64,000 nt of DNA from Phoronis australis (Eukaryota > Animalia > Phoronida). The stretch lies in the NCBI GenBank assembly GCA_002633005.1, contig NMRA01000310.1:190624-254623 (forward strand), written 5' to 3'. Shown piece after piece: positions 27,001 to 38,933 of the stretch. The number at the start of each line of letters is the position of its first letter. Within the stretch, counting starts at the first letter, position 1. Both the position numbers and the translations under genes were made by a program. The notes under the pieces are model-generated. The model was not told the DNA's origin. It did no database searches and worked only from the letters and a program-made list of their open reading frames with translations.

Positions 27001-28202
27001 AAATTATCTGATATTCTTTCCGGCACCGAATTTATATGACTGCTAGCGTATTATATCGCGTTTAGATGTGGATGTTTTATTAGAAGGCACATACTAGGAT
27101 GTCTATTCGGAAGGTAGATCAGTCGCTTAAACCGAGCGTCCATCTTCAGCTGAACGTTATGTGCCAAAGTGCTCACATCATGGGAGTCACGTGTGAACAC
27201 CATGGGCCAACTGAGCCTAACTACAACTCAAGGGAATGTTGCCATCTCACGGCAAGATGGCAAATCGGCGTCTGAACCAGTTGCCTGCAAAAAGTTCACA
27301 AGTGAGCTCTCGTCAATGTTTGATCTGCCTGCACTTGTGAATTTTTTTCAGACCGTGGCTCAGACGTCTGACCTCTCCTCTCAGTGATCGGTCGGCCATT
27401 GAACACTGTATAACTTTTAAATGTTTATAGAAATGCTGAAGACAATACTTCATAACATGTTCGAAGCTATTTCTTGTAGGTTTTCACCTGATTTCAGTCC
27501 TGTATTTAAATACAATATTAGCATAATTGTCTTGGTTGAGCAGGAAAATCAGTAGGTCACAAGTAATCATCCGAATCCTTCAAAACGCCCCACGGGATAA
27601 GTAAAGGACAGTTTAGGTTTGCTGATCGGGCCACTCAGATGGATGTTTTTTTTTCACTGCCAGATTTCCTATGCAAAGATTTACTTAATCACTTAGAAAA
27701 TCTACATAAAGGTCCATTTTTACGACAGAAATTTGAAGAGTGGTTTCATGTTCAACTTAAGACCGTTGCGTTAGAAAGACTTTCGTCCAAAAGGTTGCTT
27801 ATTGATTTTTGTAGGGGTTGAAATCCTTAAAGTTGTAATGTTATGAGAAAATTTTATGGTGACCTTTCATAGCTAAGTGTCCCTGAGATGGGTCTTATTT
27901 TATTGTGCCATCTATCCAAGAGAACGGGTATTCGACTTCAAGAAGGAACACCCCTGTCAAAAATTGTGAAATGCCCCCAGGGCAGAATAATTTGATTTTA
28001 AGAATTGTAATGTTCTTTTATTTTTTGCTTTCAGGTTGAACGTGATATTATGATTTGGAACAACAAGCAATATCCGGCCAAACCGGTGATGTCGCGTTCT
28101 AAGGAAGACGAGATGATCGTGAAACATAGACGCTGGTACTCACAATTCTACTCGGAAAACAGTCCTCGTCTTAAAATAAGTTCGGACACGTTAGACTGGT
28201 GA
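8821..28202 (+). CDS. nvd: Neverland/DAF-36 Rieske cholesterol 7-desaturase, whole gene; join(8821..9045,21742..21856,22217..22405,23151..23329,24468..24728,26654..26821,28035..28202), 434 aa
   Basis: Seven exons with canonical GT-AG sites and matching phases sum to 1305 nt with no internal stop. The protein has an N-terminal TM helix, PPVYPNGW, Rieske C-X-H-X17-C-X2-H (CPH...CPFH), non-heme iron E-X3-D-X2-H-X4-H ([13 protein letters not shown]), [10 protein letters not shown], and C-terminal [12 protein letters not shown]...LDW, all typical of Nvd/DAF-36. Confidence 0.95.
10478..10625 (+). mobile_element. MITE with TIR CCGCGCCATTAG.CCCATGG; inverted copy at about 12945-13088
   Basis: Two copies align in opposite orientation 2.4 kb apart. 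Confidence 0.65.
11933..12440 (-). mobile_element. Decayed CR1/L2-like LINE 3' end
   Basis: Minus-strand [14 protein letters not shown]...[13 protein letters not shown]...VFKQ, typical of CR1/L2 ORF2 C-termini, ending in an (AAAT)n tail. Confidence 0.65.
13257..13480 (+). mobile_element. MITE family A 5' part with nested family-B element (13321-13470)
   Basis: Aligns with 36367-36560. Confidence 0.7.
14268..14438 (+). repeat. Degenerate tandem array with unit of about 21 bp (GGCGGTCATGTTTT..)
   Basis: About 8 units, ending in CTCACCCG. Confidence 0.6.
15857..16210. repeat. Degenerate fold-back element
   Basis: attatttttgacattttcttctctatttttgtgc versus gtacaaaaatagaaataaaaatgtcagaaataat. 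Confidence 0.5.
16629..16772 (+). mobile_element. MITE family A (TIR CAGKGGCGGAT), TSD CTATT
   Basis: caggggcggatccagg...aatccgctactg flanked by ctatt on both sides. Confidence 0.8.
17193..17233 (+). repeat. (AAAC)n microsatellite
   Basis: Seen directly. Confidence 0.95.
18017..18195 (+). mobile_element. MITE family C (GTTCAGTAACGCTAGGACC...GGTCCTAGCGTTACTGAAC); other copies at about 26836-26975, 45935-46118 and 59787-59940 (-)
   Basis: Shared core AAGACTTCGCGAGATTACGTGAGATATTGCCGTG and inverted termini. Confidence 0.7.
19126..19310 (+). repeat. Degenerate (AAT/AAC)n microsatellite
   Basis: Seen directly. Confidence 0.9.
20255..20818. other. Assembly gap (N run)
   Basis: 564 N. Confidence 1.
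21742..21856 (+). CDS. nvd: nvd exon 2
   Basis: Acceptor ttctcttttgtag|; [24 protein letters not shown]...VTCLG; donor G|GTAAGA. Confidence 0.95.
22217..22405 (+). CDS. nvd: nvd exon 3 (Rieske [2Fe-2S] ligands)
   Basis: LAVFRD...[31 protein letters not shown]...CRHIPY; acceptor tatag|, donor G|GTAAGG. Confidence 0.97.
23151..23329 (+). CDS. nvd: nvd exon 4
   Basis: Polypyrimidine acceptor ...ccatgcag|; [10 protein letters not shown]...[13 protein letters not shown]...[12 protein letters not shown]; donor GAG|GTACCG. Confidence 0.95.
23668..23988. mobile_element. MITE-like element with TIR of about 30 bp
   Basis: gcattaaagtcgtactttctgtcaaaac versus gtttctgacagaaagtacggttttaatgc. Confidence 0.6.
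24468..24728 (+). CDS. nvd: nvd exon 5 (mononuclear Fe motif)
   Basis: Acceptor ttcttgcag|; [16 protein letters not shown]...LNVQAHQ; donor CAG|GTATGG. Confidence 0.96.
24768..25107. repeat. Fold-back element with inverted arms of about 130 bp
   Basis: aacagcttcttatttaatttgaacttttcttatc... pairs with ...gataagaaaagttcaaattaaataagaagctgtt, and pairing continues inward to ggtgggtacacc/ggtgtacccacc. Confidence 0.9.
26654..26821 (+). CDS. nvd: nvd exon 6
   Basis: Acceptor ataattcag|; [10 protein letters not shown]...VQHVTPVGP...AEAIQ; donor CAG|GTAAGG. Confidence 0.95.
28035..28202 (+). CDS. nvd: nvd exon 7 (last coding exon)
   Basis: Acceptor ttgctttcag|; [13 protein letters not shown]...[16 protein letters not shown]...LDW then TGA. 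Confidence 0.96.
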   Translation, partial: VERDIMIWNNKQYPAKPVMSRSKEDEMIVKHRRWYSQFYSENSPRLKISSDTLDW

Positions 28203-31200
28203 TGACGTGGGAGAATCCGTTGATATTTTGCTACAGTCGCGGATCTAGGATATCACAAGGGGGGCCCCAACATTTTGTCTGTAAACTTTTGCTCAAAGCA
28301 CGATTGTAGATGCGCATAGCACCGAATGGGGGGAGGTTGGGAGGGGGTTTGCCCTGTTTTTTGCTGTTTTTCCTCTAAAAATCAAGCATTTTCCTTGATT
28401 CCCGAAGTATTATCCAAAAAAAGGCCAAAAAACGGAGAAAGTGTCAAAGAGGTAACTGCAAACGCCCCAGACTCGAACTCTCGACCTGGCGGATAGCGCG
28501 CGCGTGTTTTACCACTGCACCACCACGATTTAACTCCTGATTTGTTACTAAGAGACCTACTTGTTTATGGTCCACAGCGTTTGCGCGCGAAATCTTCTTT
28601 TTGTAATGCTTATTACATGTTTTATATTTTGTGCAATCAGTTCGTAACAATTTTTTTGTATTTAAAATAGTCTTCAATTGCCAAAAAGACCAAATCCGTT
28701 TTTTGTGTTGACAATAATGACGCGATTGCTTTGAAAATCGTCTTGAGTTAAGGTTTGACAAAGAGAGAATTATGAGTTTCTGAGCGATTCACTAAGGCTT
28801 CGATTAAAATTGACATCTTACCAGCAGCTTCTGTTTTTTCATCATCACTCAGATTCCATTTTCTTTAAAAAATGAAGTAATTTTCTTCAGTGCACAGTGG
28901 AGCAGACGACGGAAACGGAGTCGTAGTGCCCAGCGCCACTGCCGGTAGCCTGAGATATCGCGGGTGAGCCTATACTCAGCCATAGTTCCGTTACGATTGC
29001 GCCGTGTTCCGAATTTGACACTTGAAATTGGATCTGAGCGCCCCCCTCCCCCCAAACACTAAAACTGCACACGTTCAAATCTTGTTTCAGCCGTATAATT
29101 TTAATTACCGGGGTTAATTAATAAACTCAACATTTCCCTACGCTCTTGCTGTTTTATTTTTTTCCACCTGTGTGCTACACCTGTATACACTCCGTCAAAC
29201 AGTCATATTCCAAGTCATGGGACTTTCAAACTGCAGTATGTCTGAAATTTGCACATGTACAGATAAAGTTCGAATCCGAGTGGGAATTTGAGGCTACGAA
29301 AATGCTTGAAGTGTTCTAGGTGGTTCTCCGTCTGTCTTTACGGCAGTTCGAAAACGGTTGTAAACATTTAAATCAAGGCTGCGTGCGCTTTCGAAGCAAA
29401 CAATCTGCCAAAAGTTTGAAACGGTTTAACACGGAAAATATGCTTATGATCTCCACCTCGGACATTGTGCAGTCGTGGAAAACTACAAATGTTAAATTGT
29501 CTTGTCTCAGAAGTTGAGTAATTTCTTCCGACAAACGCAAAATGAAACCCGTGCAAAAAACTGAAATACAAAAACATTCCGCCACAATACATCGTGCGAT
29601 TTTTCAGCTCAGGACGAACACGCACAATCTCGCTTGTGGCGATACCAATCTCGTCAAAAATGAAACGAACAAATCACTGTTCGGTGCATGCTCTTGTACT
29701 TCGTACTGTCCGAAAAACGGAATGTTGTGATTATTGGTGCATGCGATAGACTGCTTGAAGTTATTTGCTTTGAACACAGCTACAAAGAAACAAAACCCGT
29801 GGTGTTCTTTGTGATTTTATTAAAAATCGACAGTTCTCACCGTTGTCGGCCAGACGATCGCAAAAATCATAGTTGTAGTTTTCACAAAAGATCTTCACCC
29901 GAGAAACTTGCAAATTCCGTTTATTTATTCTATTTGCTACAAACGCGTATTTTGGGTTTCCTTTTCAAGGGGCACATTCGGTTGTAATACTTACAATGAG
30001 GGTAGCCCCATCAGTTCAAAGTGCTTTCCATCGGGGCCCTCAGTAAAATCATACAAAGACATTCGAATAGGCATTTTTAGGTTTGTTGGATCAGATAGAT
30101 TTCTTGAAGTTATTTGCTTTGACCAAAGCTACAAAACAGCAACATTTGTGTTCTTTGATGTTATTACAAATCGCCAAGTCTCGCGGTTTGCAGTCAGTCA
30201 TTCGCGGAAATCGATGCTATTGACTTCCCCTGTTAAGTGCGGTTTTAAATTCTACCCTCCTTACACCGTGGATTTTAGCCTCGTTTGCAAACATCGGACA
30301 GAGAACGCTGAGGTAGTATTTTTGAATCCGTCAAACGGCCGATCTCAAAAGGTTACTATTGTGTCACTTTAAGACTTTTTATCAACAGACCGTAGCTTTA
30401 AAAAATTTGGAAATTTTCATGTTTAGATTACTGGCTAAGAGGCCTTAAAAGATTTCCCAGAGACGCTTTCGCGGCAAATACAATGGATAAATAGAATTTT
30501 GAAGTTTCGTGCGAAAAAATTCCCGTCTGGAAGCAACGGCGATCTAATAGGTCACATTTTCAGAAAAACACATGAATACCGTGTCTAGCATCATTTTTGT
30601 GCAACTCGTATGTTTGTGCTTCCAAGGACATCGTGCGTTGGCACTTAGTACTTTAGAAACTATAGAAATGTGATATTTGGTAACGAAGATTGACTAAGTC
30701 AATACGTTTAAGCCCTCATGTGCCACGGGGTCCACCTTCGTAACCCTTTAAAATTGATATTACGTTGCAGCCTAGTGGTGTCGTCCGACGGGTGTGTGGG
30801 TGTTGTGTGTGTAGCGATGGCTGTGTCGATGGGGTGACAGTGCGTCGACTGGGAAGGGGCTTAAGAATTGTGGCAACCGGGGGTTAACTCGAAGACTGAA
30901 CCTTAACCCTACCGCTGGCCTCGTTGTCACATTTAGGATTGGATTTTGCATTACAAAACCGCGTTCCGCTCAAACAGCGAAATTTTGATTGCGATCACTT
31001 ACCGTTGTAAAATTGGTCTCAAAAAAAGCCTTACTTAGCGATAAAAAATCTAGATTTCCTAAGAATTGACAGCTCGTGCTTCCTTATGACCGTGCTCGGC
31101 GCAAAAATGGACCTCCGTGAACTCAGTTCAGAGCCGGATCCGAAGCAGCAACAAACTTTTAGTTTTTTTCGAAGCGCTGAAATCACATCAAATTTGACAG

Positions 31201-31674
31201 GGGAACAAGCCGAGACCGATTCCATAACGATAAGTGGTCTGGATAGAAACTCATCAAGTCCGAGATCCAAAGTTATTTTGTGTCATGGACAGCGGGTTTG
31301 TAGCCAGACATTAGGCTTCATGCGGCACCTGTCGGAAAGTCTACGAGACGCGAAAATTACGATTGATGTTACGTTATACGGTGTTCTGGGCACATAAGTT
31401 TCACCCGTAAATACTTTCCATATGCAGACATTCATAAATTTTCCTTAAAAATCATCATCGCTTATTTTCAATATTATTAATGAGAGGTAAAATAACAATG
31501 AATTGCTAAAAGTACAGTCATTTGTTATGAATTTAGGCGCGTGTGATCTTAGTTTACGCGAAGGGATTCTAGCTGACTCGTTGTTACTTGTCGATTTATG
31601 AGGTGTAAGTGTCGAGATTATTACGTCACATATTGTGACGAAGCGCACAAATAGCCTCGCGTAATAGAAGTAAG

Positions 31675-32322
31675 ATGTATCGTCAACACTGTGAGCAAGC
31701 TCACGCAGGACGAAGAAGTGATTCAACAGCCGTGGATGGCGCTAGTCTCAACTTCGCAATTGATGTATTGATATCCAAACTGAAATGCGCCAAAGACAAA
31801 GACAACGTTTCGATTCATTCTGTGAAGAAACTTAAAGCTTTGTTGGATGAATTGAGTGTAAATTCCTTCCCTGATCTTAACGTTGAAAGCCTCGAAGAAC
31901 CACAGCACTTGGCAGAAGAGAAAAGGCGTGCTAAGAATTTTCAACGCGTTTCAACCACCGTCACAAAGACTACGGTTCACAGCAATAAACAAAGAAGCAA
32001 CAAACCTGTTCAGCGACGACCTGCTCATAGAGTTCAGACGCCCAAAGCGTTTGACAAGAAATCCAACGCTAGAGAGCGCGAAGTGTCGCCAGAAACAGGA
32101 AAGTTCCGCAGCGCGTGCTCAGATTTATTGTTAACAACGTCATCTGTTGGTGAAATGGGCAGTGGGACCGCCGGGACACTCAGCACAAACAAGCACAAGC
32201 CAAAAATCCAATACCAAAGAGCCACCAATCAAAAAAATGTAAATCCAAAATCGTCACAAAAATACAGAAGGGCAAGTGATACTCGCGTGGTAGACATTGA
32301 CAAAGATCGACATTGTAAATAG
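31675..32322 (+). CDS. Unassigned 215-aa ORF, basic and low-complexity
   Basis: Longest unexplained gap-free ORF in the window. No recognisable domain and no confident splice partners. Confidence 0.3.
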   Translation: MYRQHCEQAHAGRRSDSTAVDGASLNFAIDVLISKLKCAKDKDNVSIHSVKKLKALLDELSVNSFPDLNVESLEEPQHLAEEKRRAKNFQRVSTTVTKTTVHSNKQRSNKPVQRRPAHRVQTPKAFDKKSNAREREVSPETGKFRSACSDLLLTTSSVGEMGSGTAGTLSTNKHKPKIQYQRATNQKNVNPKSSQKYRRASDTRVVDIDKDRHCK

Positions 32323-33153
32323 AAATACGTGCTTTTCTTCATAAAACAAACTTTAAAGCTATTAATCGTTTTCGTGACGACACTGTGCCTTTCGTCATCA
32401 TTAGTGACTGATAACATCATGGGGACACGCGTTCATCCTGGAATACTAATAATAGATTAAGAATAAAATTGAGAATTGTTTCCTTCAGACCACTGTCGGC
32501 AGTTTGCCCTCACAACATCGCTAATAAAGCTGTTGTCCGGAAGAAAAGAATTAATCTTCGTTTATTATTAATAGCACAAGAACGAAATCGTTTTAAAATC
32601 GACCCAAAAAGAAATTCGTTCTAATCTTCTGCAAATTTTGTTGAAAGTGTGTTAATGTTGAATTATAAATGGTCGCACTGGCGAAATCAAAAGAAGCAGT
32701 GATTCTGGTAATTTTCGTAGGAGGCTTGCCAACAAATCCATACCACGGACTTCATCCTCACCGCGGAACTTGAACTCACACACTAACACTTTTACGACGG
32801 TAATTTTCAGTACAAGATATTGAAACCCGGACCTTGTGCAGTGTCTAATGTGTTGCGCGAATCCGGCGATGGCAATTCGACGCGTAATGGTGCGCCAAGC
32901 TTCGCTTACCCCGGCCCGTGTATATTCCATGACAGACCGTGATGTGTACTCCCGTTGAACTTAATTAGAATCAATATTTTCCTTACGCTGCGGTACAATG
33001 AAGTGTCTTGTGCGTAGGTGTAGTTGTAGTTCGGACTCCGTGTTGAGAGTTTTTGTGTGTGATGAGAGCTATTGAGGTGCGTAGCACTGGGGGTGTGTCT
33101 CCCCTGTATATACGTGGAGCAGGAATTATTCGTCATCATGGCCCTTCCTACCA

Positions 33154-33409
33154 CTTGCGCTTACCCAGGGGGCTCGGGGGGATCGATCGAGCCCCCAATT
33201 TGGCGAAGTGGGCAAAAAGGTCCGACTCAGAGAGACAAAAACCTCCGAAAAAAGTAGAAAATGAGATAAAATTCCACTAAAAAGGCAGGAATTACCAAAA
33301 TTCGGCGAATACACAATTCATAGCTTTGAACATACTCCGTGAATCTTGGTAAAAGGTCCACATTCTCAAAAATTCGAGCCCCCACTTTTTTAGGCTGGGC
33401 GTGCGCATG
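33154..33409 (+). mobile_element. MITE family B (TIR CATGCGCGCACCCAG), TSD TACCA
   Basis: Termini cttgcgcttacccag and ctgggcgtgcgcatg, flanked by tacca. Confidence 0.8.
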
Positions 33410-36366
33410 TACCACTAAAGTCTAGTATAGACAGACGGAAAGACGTAATCCTTTGGATCATTTATCTGTGCATACATGAACAACTTTTAGGGCATTCTTA
33501 AAATGTTGTAAGTTGGCCAATTAAAATTTTCATCTCGTAGTAATTCTAAAGCCTGTTTGCACCTTGGGATTAATTGTGTAAGACGTAAATCGTATGCAAC
33601 TGACGAGAGTGTTCAGACTGTAAGTCTGGCACGATTTTTCGTGTTAAAACACATTGTCTTTGGACATAGAGCAGGTTAGGCCGATTGTGCAGCAACTGCC
33701 CTGTACTACTCCGTACAGGTATTTTTGTCGCTATGGGTCAGTGAGCCGTGTCCTCGTTATTAACCAGGGCGGGTGTATCTTAAATTTTATTTACCTGTCA
33801 TGCCTGATTTAGATACGTCACTCGTCCTTAGAACCAATGAAATCAGCAGCTATCCTAAAACCCAAGTGATCTAAATACCCTAAAATACTACGCCCGTAAT
33901 TTACGGGTTGTTATTAAAGACGTGGATTTTAATAAACATGAACTTTCTCCCTTGAATAGCTAAGAAAAGATTTTCAAATTTTCACGTGGTTATAGTTTGG
34001 GTGTACACCTGTCCCTCCCAAAACCGGTTTAACAAGCAAACGGTATTTATAAAGTGTGATGTTTGCTTGAAAAAGTAATTAAAACAATAATTTGCTACCG
34101 TACTAAGGTAAGAACTTTGGTATCATGTTGTGTACTTTCTTCACGTTTTCAACAGAACAAATTATGAATTAATGTTTTGCACCTTTTAAGTTTTTTTAAA
34201 TTAGTTAAATCATTTCGTGTAGAAATGTTGAGTTATTTAAGTACATAATCTAATTTTTATTCAATTTGTATATTGACAATTTCCTATGTGACTTGGTTTT
34301 TGGGTTGAGCAAGGCTTACATGTATAGGAATAGCATTTTGAGGTAAGTGGAAAATTTTGCAAAGTATTGCCGGAACTTTCCGATAAATTCTTTATGCGCT
34401 ATTTTGGATGATATTGATCCAGAACACGTTGATGAAAAGGTACAGATTAGTTACCGTGTATAAGTTGGTAATTTTTTTTAATTTTTAAATTTGTCCACTT
34501 AGCATTCATTGCACAGAAAAGATTTGAATTAAAAATTTTAGTGTTCAGCGTGATTCGAGGAGGTTACATTTATCGCAAAAGAAAACGGCAACCGTATTTT
34601 GGGTAAACTTTGATTGTGCAACTGAACCAAGAAATATTTTTGATAGTTTCGCCTGTGCTGTCAAACTTAGGTGTTTACGAAAACTTGTAGGGCGTAGGGC
34701 ATGTGCCAAAATCTTTTCGCTATCTTTAGAACACGCGGAATTGCATTTTGCGTAATGACTGCAAAACGTAAAAACAATGTCGAGAACGAGTTAGAAATGA
34801 GCGTACCACAAAGATTTAAAATTATGTCGGTTATTTTGAGTACCATTAAAGCGACATCATTTGCGAGATTTTTTCTGTATCGGCCTCAGCAAGGATGCGA
34901 AACAGGAACGTCCGCGTTCCAGTAAAACGCTCGGTTGACGGGATAAATCGAAGAAGATAAGTGACAGAATATTTTCAGTGTATTTGAATGGCAGAGTCAC
35001 CGACCGGCTTTGATTTCAGCGAATGTCTGACGGACATTGGCGGCAAGAATTGGCGATTTGCAATAAAATTACCAAAAACACCAGTATTGTTTTATAGCTC
35101 TGGTCCAAACTAATAACTTCAAGAAGTCTACCCAATCCAGCAATAATAAAAAATGCGTTTTTCTGTAGTGAAAGCGATATTGTCCCTCTATACTAATTAA
35201 GTTTGATTTGTTAAGTGACCAGCTATGCACATAAAACGATTCTCTCAAGGACCGCAAAATATAAAAACTAGTGACAAACGTGTCGGGGGAATAACTTGTT
35301 CTAAGCAAAACTAGTCGTCTTTCGTTCCCGAAAAGCGCCCATAATTTCCCAAAAGTGCACACGAGCGCTTTCTGGTGACGGTCACTTTATCGGACATCCT
35401 CTTAAAATATGAATTACTAAATTGCTATATTAATAATCACGGTTATCTTCTTGGTGTGATTCAGACTACAACAACAACTCGAATGTAATACGGACCCAAA
35501 TATTTCATGACGTCAGACTGACCAACAAAGCGCTATAGTCAAAGTCACGCTACATCAATCATGCTACGCATAGCAAATGGTGAAACTTAAAACATAACCT
35601 CAATGAAAAAGTATCCATGATTTCACTGAAACGAATACAAACGTTGAAGCCGCTACATCTATGTTTCTAGTCTCTGTATTCGTAAATTAATTCGAAACCA
35701 CTGCACGCTTCGAGCAAACTTACACATTCCTAATCATACGGCGTGCTAGGTAAAATTTCGACTCCTTGTCGAGTCCGAGTTCGTGCGCCGGTGTTAGAAC
35801 ATTTGATCATTCAAAGCAATATCACCGCGTTCTTATCCTTTGTTTGAATTGAAATCGGTTACAATAAATCGCCCGGAATTCACTTGACGCCCTCGCTACC
35901 GAGGCAACTAAAACTAACCCGCCGTGACAAGCAACTTAGTGTGTGGGGTCTGAAGCAACCACCTCGGACAGTTCTAATGAACAAGATGAGATTTTACAAA
36001 AGCGAGTGTCCTAAATCAAAATTTGCATTTGAAGAGGGCGAGAATTTGTCGCTCCTTTAAACTTTTGGAATAATGCAAATTTTAGTAACATTTAATTTTC
36101 TATTTGTTTTCGTTAAAACCTATAAAACTGAAACACAGATAGGAAATGAAAACATTTTAAATGAGAAACTTTAAACATGTCATAAGCGTACTTGAAACAA
36201 ACGGAATGTATAACAGACTTCATTTAAGCCTTATTTTGACGTGGAAAGAAATTAGTTACGGCCTAGTACATTAGTAGTAAAACAAAAATACCTATCAGAA
36301 GGCTTAAAGACTGGTATTTCATTAAACAGTGGCGGCACTTCATTATTATTGAAAAAATATTAATAT

Positions 36367-36643
36367 CAGGAGCGGATCCAGGATTTTGAGTTAGGGGGGC
36401 AGGGCACAGGAATAACCAGAATAGGGATGCAGGGGTCTCGAATTTTCGGGTTTGCGGACCTTCTGACTAAAAATAAAAAGGGTAAATGGGGTTTGTTCAC
36501 AGCCTATGCATTGTTTATTCACTCCCCCGAACCCCCCTGATTGCGCGCATGTGCTAGTCAGCAATTCGCACCCAAACTGCCAAATGGAATCTGGTAGAAT
36601 TTTAGGGGAGCCATGGCCCCCTTCCCCCCTTAATCCGCCACTG
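36367..36643 (+). mobile_element. MITE family A carrying a family-B insert, TSD AATAT
   Basis: Family-A termini, internal family-B segment ending ctgattgcgcgcatg, flanked by aatat. Confidence 0.75.
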
Positions 36644-38082
36644 AATATGTTCAGAATGTTCCCATCCCAGTAGTCGGCATGAGGTTTTTTTAAACATTGG
36701 CGACGGAACATCATGTTTTCTGTCACAAATGCTTAAATTTTTTTAAAGCTTATTGTTTAACTTCTCAAAATTGATAATTACAAAAACAACTATTGGTCAG
36801 ACAGAAATGACAATATGTATATTTCCGCCTGCAGTTGTCAATCAGCGTTCGAAACAAAACAGTTGGGAAACAAAAGGTTTTGCATAAAATTCCATATTTT
36901 AGTTGTTCCAGTTCCGCATTTCGTAGACCCAAGACACTCGAAAACCTAGTGCTAAACGTGCTCCTCTTGTACTAACTCGCGAAGACTTACGTGATCTTGC
37001 TGTTTCTCGATTTTTTTCGTCTACGGAACGTAGCCCAGATATCACCTAACCACTTTTTTTACGTTTTTTGGTCAATGTGACGCGTCGCACGCACTTCAGC
37101 GCACAAGCAAAGGGCTTTCTTGTGGGCATATATGATGGCTTCTTTTAGTCAGCTAAACGGCGATAGAGAAACATAAGTTTTATCAGAGTCGGATCTACAG
37201 GGGGTTCAGGGGTTCAACCCCGCCTCGGGACAGGATCAAAAATAAAAATTGAACGACATCAGCTACTAAAAACCACAACAATTCTTACACGGCAGGGGGG
37301 AAACCCCCTCCCAACCTTCCTTCCGCTCGGATTCGCTCGAATCCTAAGTTCTCCTCCCCTTACTGAAACGTAGTTCTGCCACTGAATTTATAATGAGGCA
37401 CGCGCGCTACTGACCAGAACCAATTATGCCGTTTGGCCTATATTTGAACTTACAATCCTATAAATCACGATAACTGTGACAGTGGGAATGTTTCAACAAC
37501 AGGTCCTGATTGTCATCAAAGGCCAGTAGTAGCGTACAGTGACGGCGCCGCATTTCACAGTCAAACCATCTGTGACCTGTGGAAATATGAAATGAAGCAC
37601 AAGTGCATTGGTGTAAGGTCATGGTCATACGCCGGGGTTGAGTTTCCCAAACCAGTCACGCATAGTTTGCTGACCCTTAGACTGGGTGCGCCCTGACGTT
37701 GAACAGTCCTATCAAAACAATAAGGGGTGGAGTCGAAAACAATAGTACTTGTCACAACAGTCTTAATAGTGAAGAGGGAATTTTCGATTTTCGCTCCAAC
37801 TTCAAACAATTACTGAATAATTTTGGGCGTTTATTAGTTAGCACATCACTCTTGATTAACAGTTGATACAATTGTTCTGAGACATTAGAAATCATCGGAA
37901 TTTTTTAGAGTTTTTATACTTTTGCGCAATGTTTTTTAAAAAAATAGGGGAATTTAAGATGAACTAAGCCTTAAGCCACATCCCAAGAAACAGGCCCAGG
38001 CTCTTCAAAGTTTAGTAAAAAACCAGAGATCTAAAATGACGCAGGGTAAATTTCGGACGTTAGTACAGTCATGGACTTAGCT

Positions 38083-38155
38083 GCGCGCATACACAGTAAC
38101 GCATGCGCGCATACACAGTAACGCATGCTCGTGTACACAGTAACGCATGCGCGCA
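38083..38155 (+). repeat. Minisatellite, about 3 copies of a 22-24 bp unit GCGCGCATACACAGTAACGCAT
   Basis: Seen directly. Confidence 0.85.
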
Positions 38156-38891
38156 CCACATTTTTAGCATTTTTGGAGGGAATACACTTATTGAAGTTAG
38201 TAGATTTGACCAAAGCTATGAAACAATAAAACACATCGTTTTTTTATTTTATCACAAGTCGTCAATTCTTGCCGTTGTCGACCCGTGACTTAAGCAGTTG
38301 AATACGCTTATACTCAACCACTCTACTATATGGTTTAGCATTGCCAGAAGAGCGCTGGTTTTCGACCGCCGCAGTTCTGTGTTCGATGCCGCGTTACGTC
38401 TGATCTCAGCTCTTTACTGTCTTTGCTGTTTGTACAGAATGCTAACACAACAACCGTGTTAATTTATTTGCACAAAATGGTTGTTTCGTAGTTTTGTTAC
38501 AAATAGTAGCTATACTCACCAGTTACGCCGACGAGGTCGTTACACACATGGTCTCGTCCAATGGGTTTATCCGAATGACAAAATATTAAATGAAAATTGC
38601 TTTTGAGAAACTGTGTAATGTACTCTAGCCATTCTAGCCTGTTTACGGAATTTAACCTTATCAGACCAGTTTTTGAGCTTCTCAAATCTGCCTGGTTTTC
38701 CCTTCAGTCAGTGAAATTGTGTGTGTGAATGTATGAGATGAAAATCAATAGTTGATTGCATTGTCGTGTTAGTGTGGTAAAAATAAATGCGTTTAAAAAA
38801 TCCGTAAAACCCCTCATGGCGCATTCACGGAAATTGCCAGTAGAAGTGTTAAATCATGAAAATTCCTTGTCTTTTTAGAACACTGAAAGTC

Positions 38892-38933
38892 ATGGAGATG
38901 GTTCACTACGTCATACTTTTGCTTAGTCTTCCG
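38892..38933 (+). CDS. ZP gene first coding exon (signal peptide N-half)
   Basis: Acceptor ctttttag| at 38878, ATG at 38892, MEMVHYVILLLSLP, donor CCG|GTAAGT. Confidence 0.75.
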
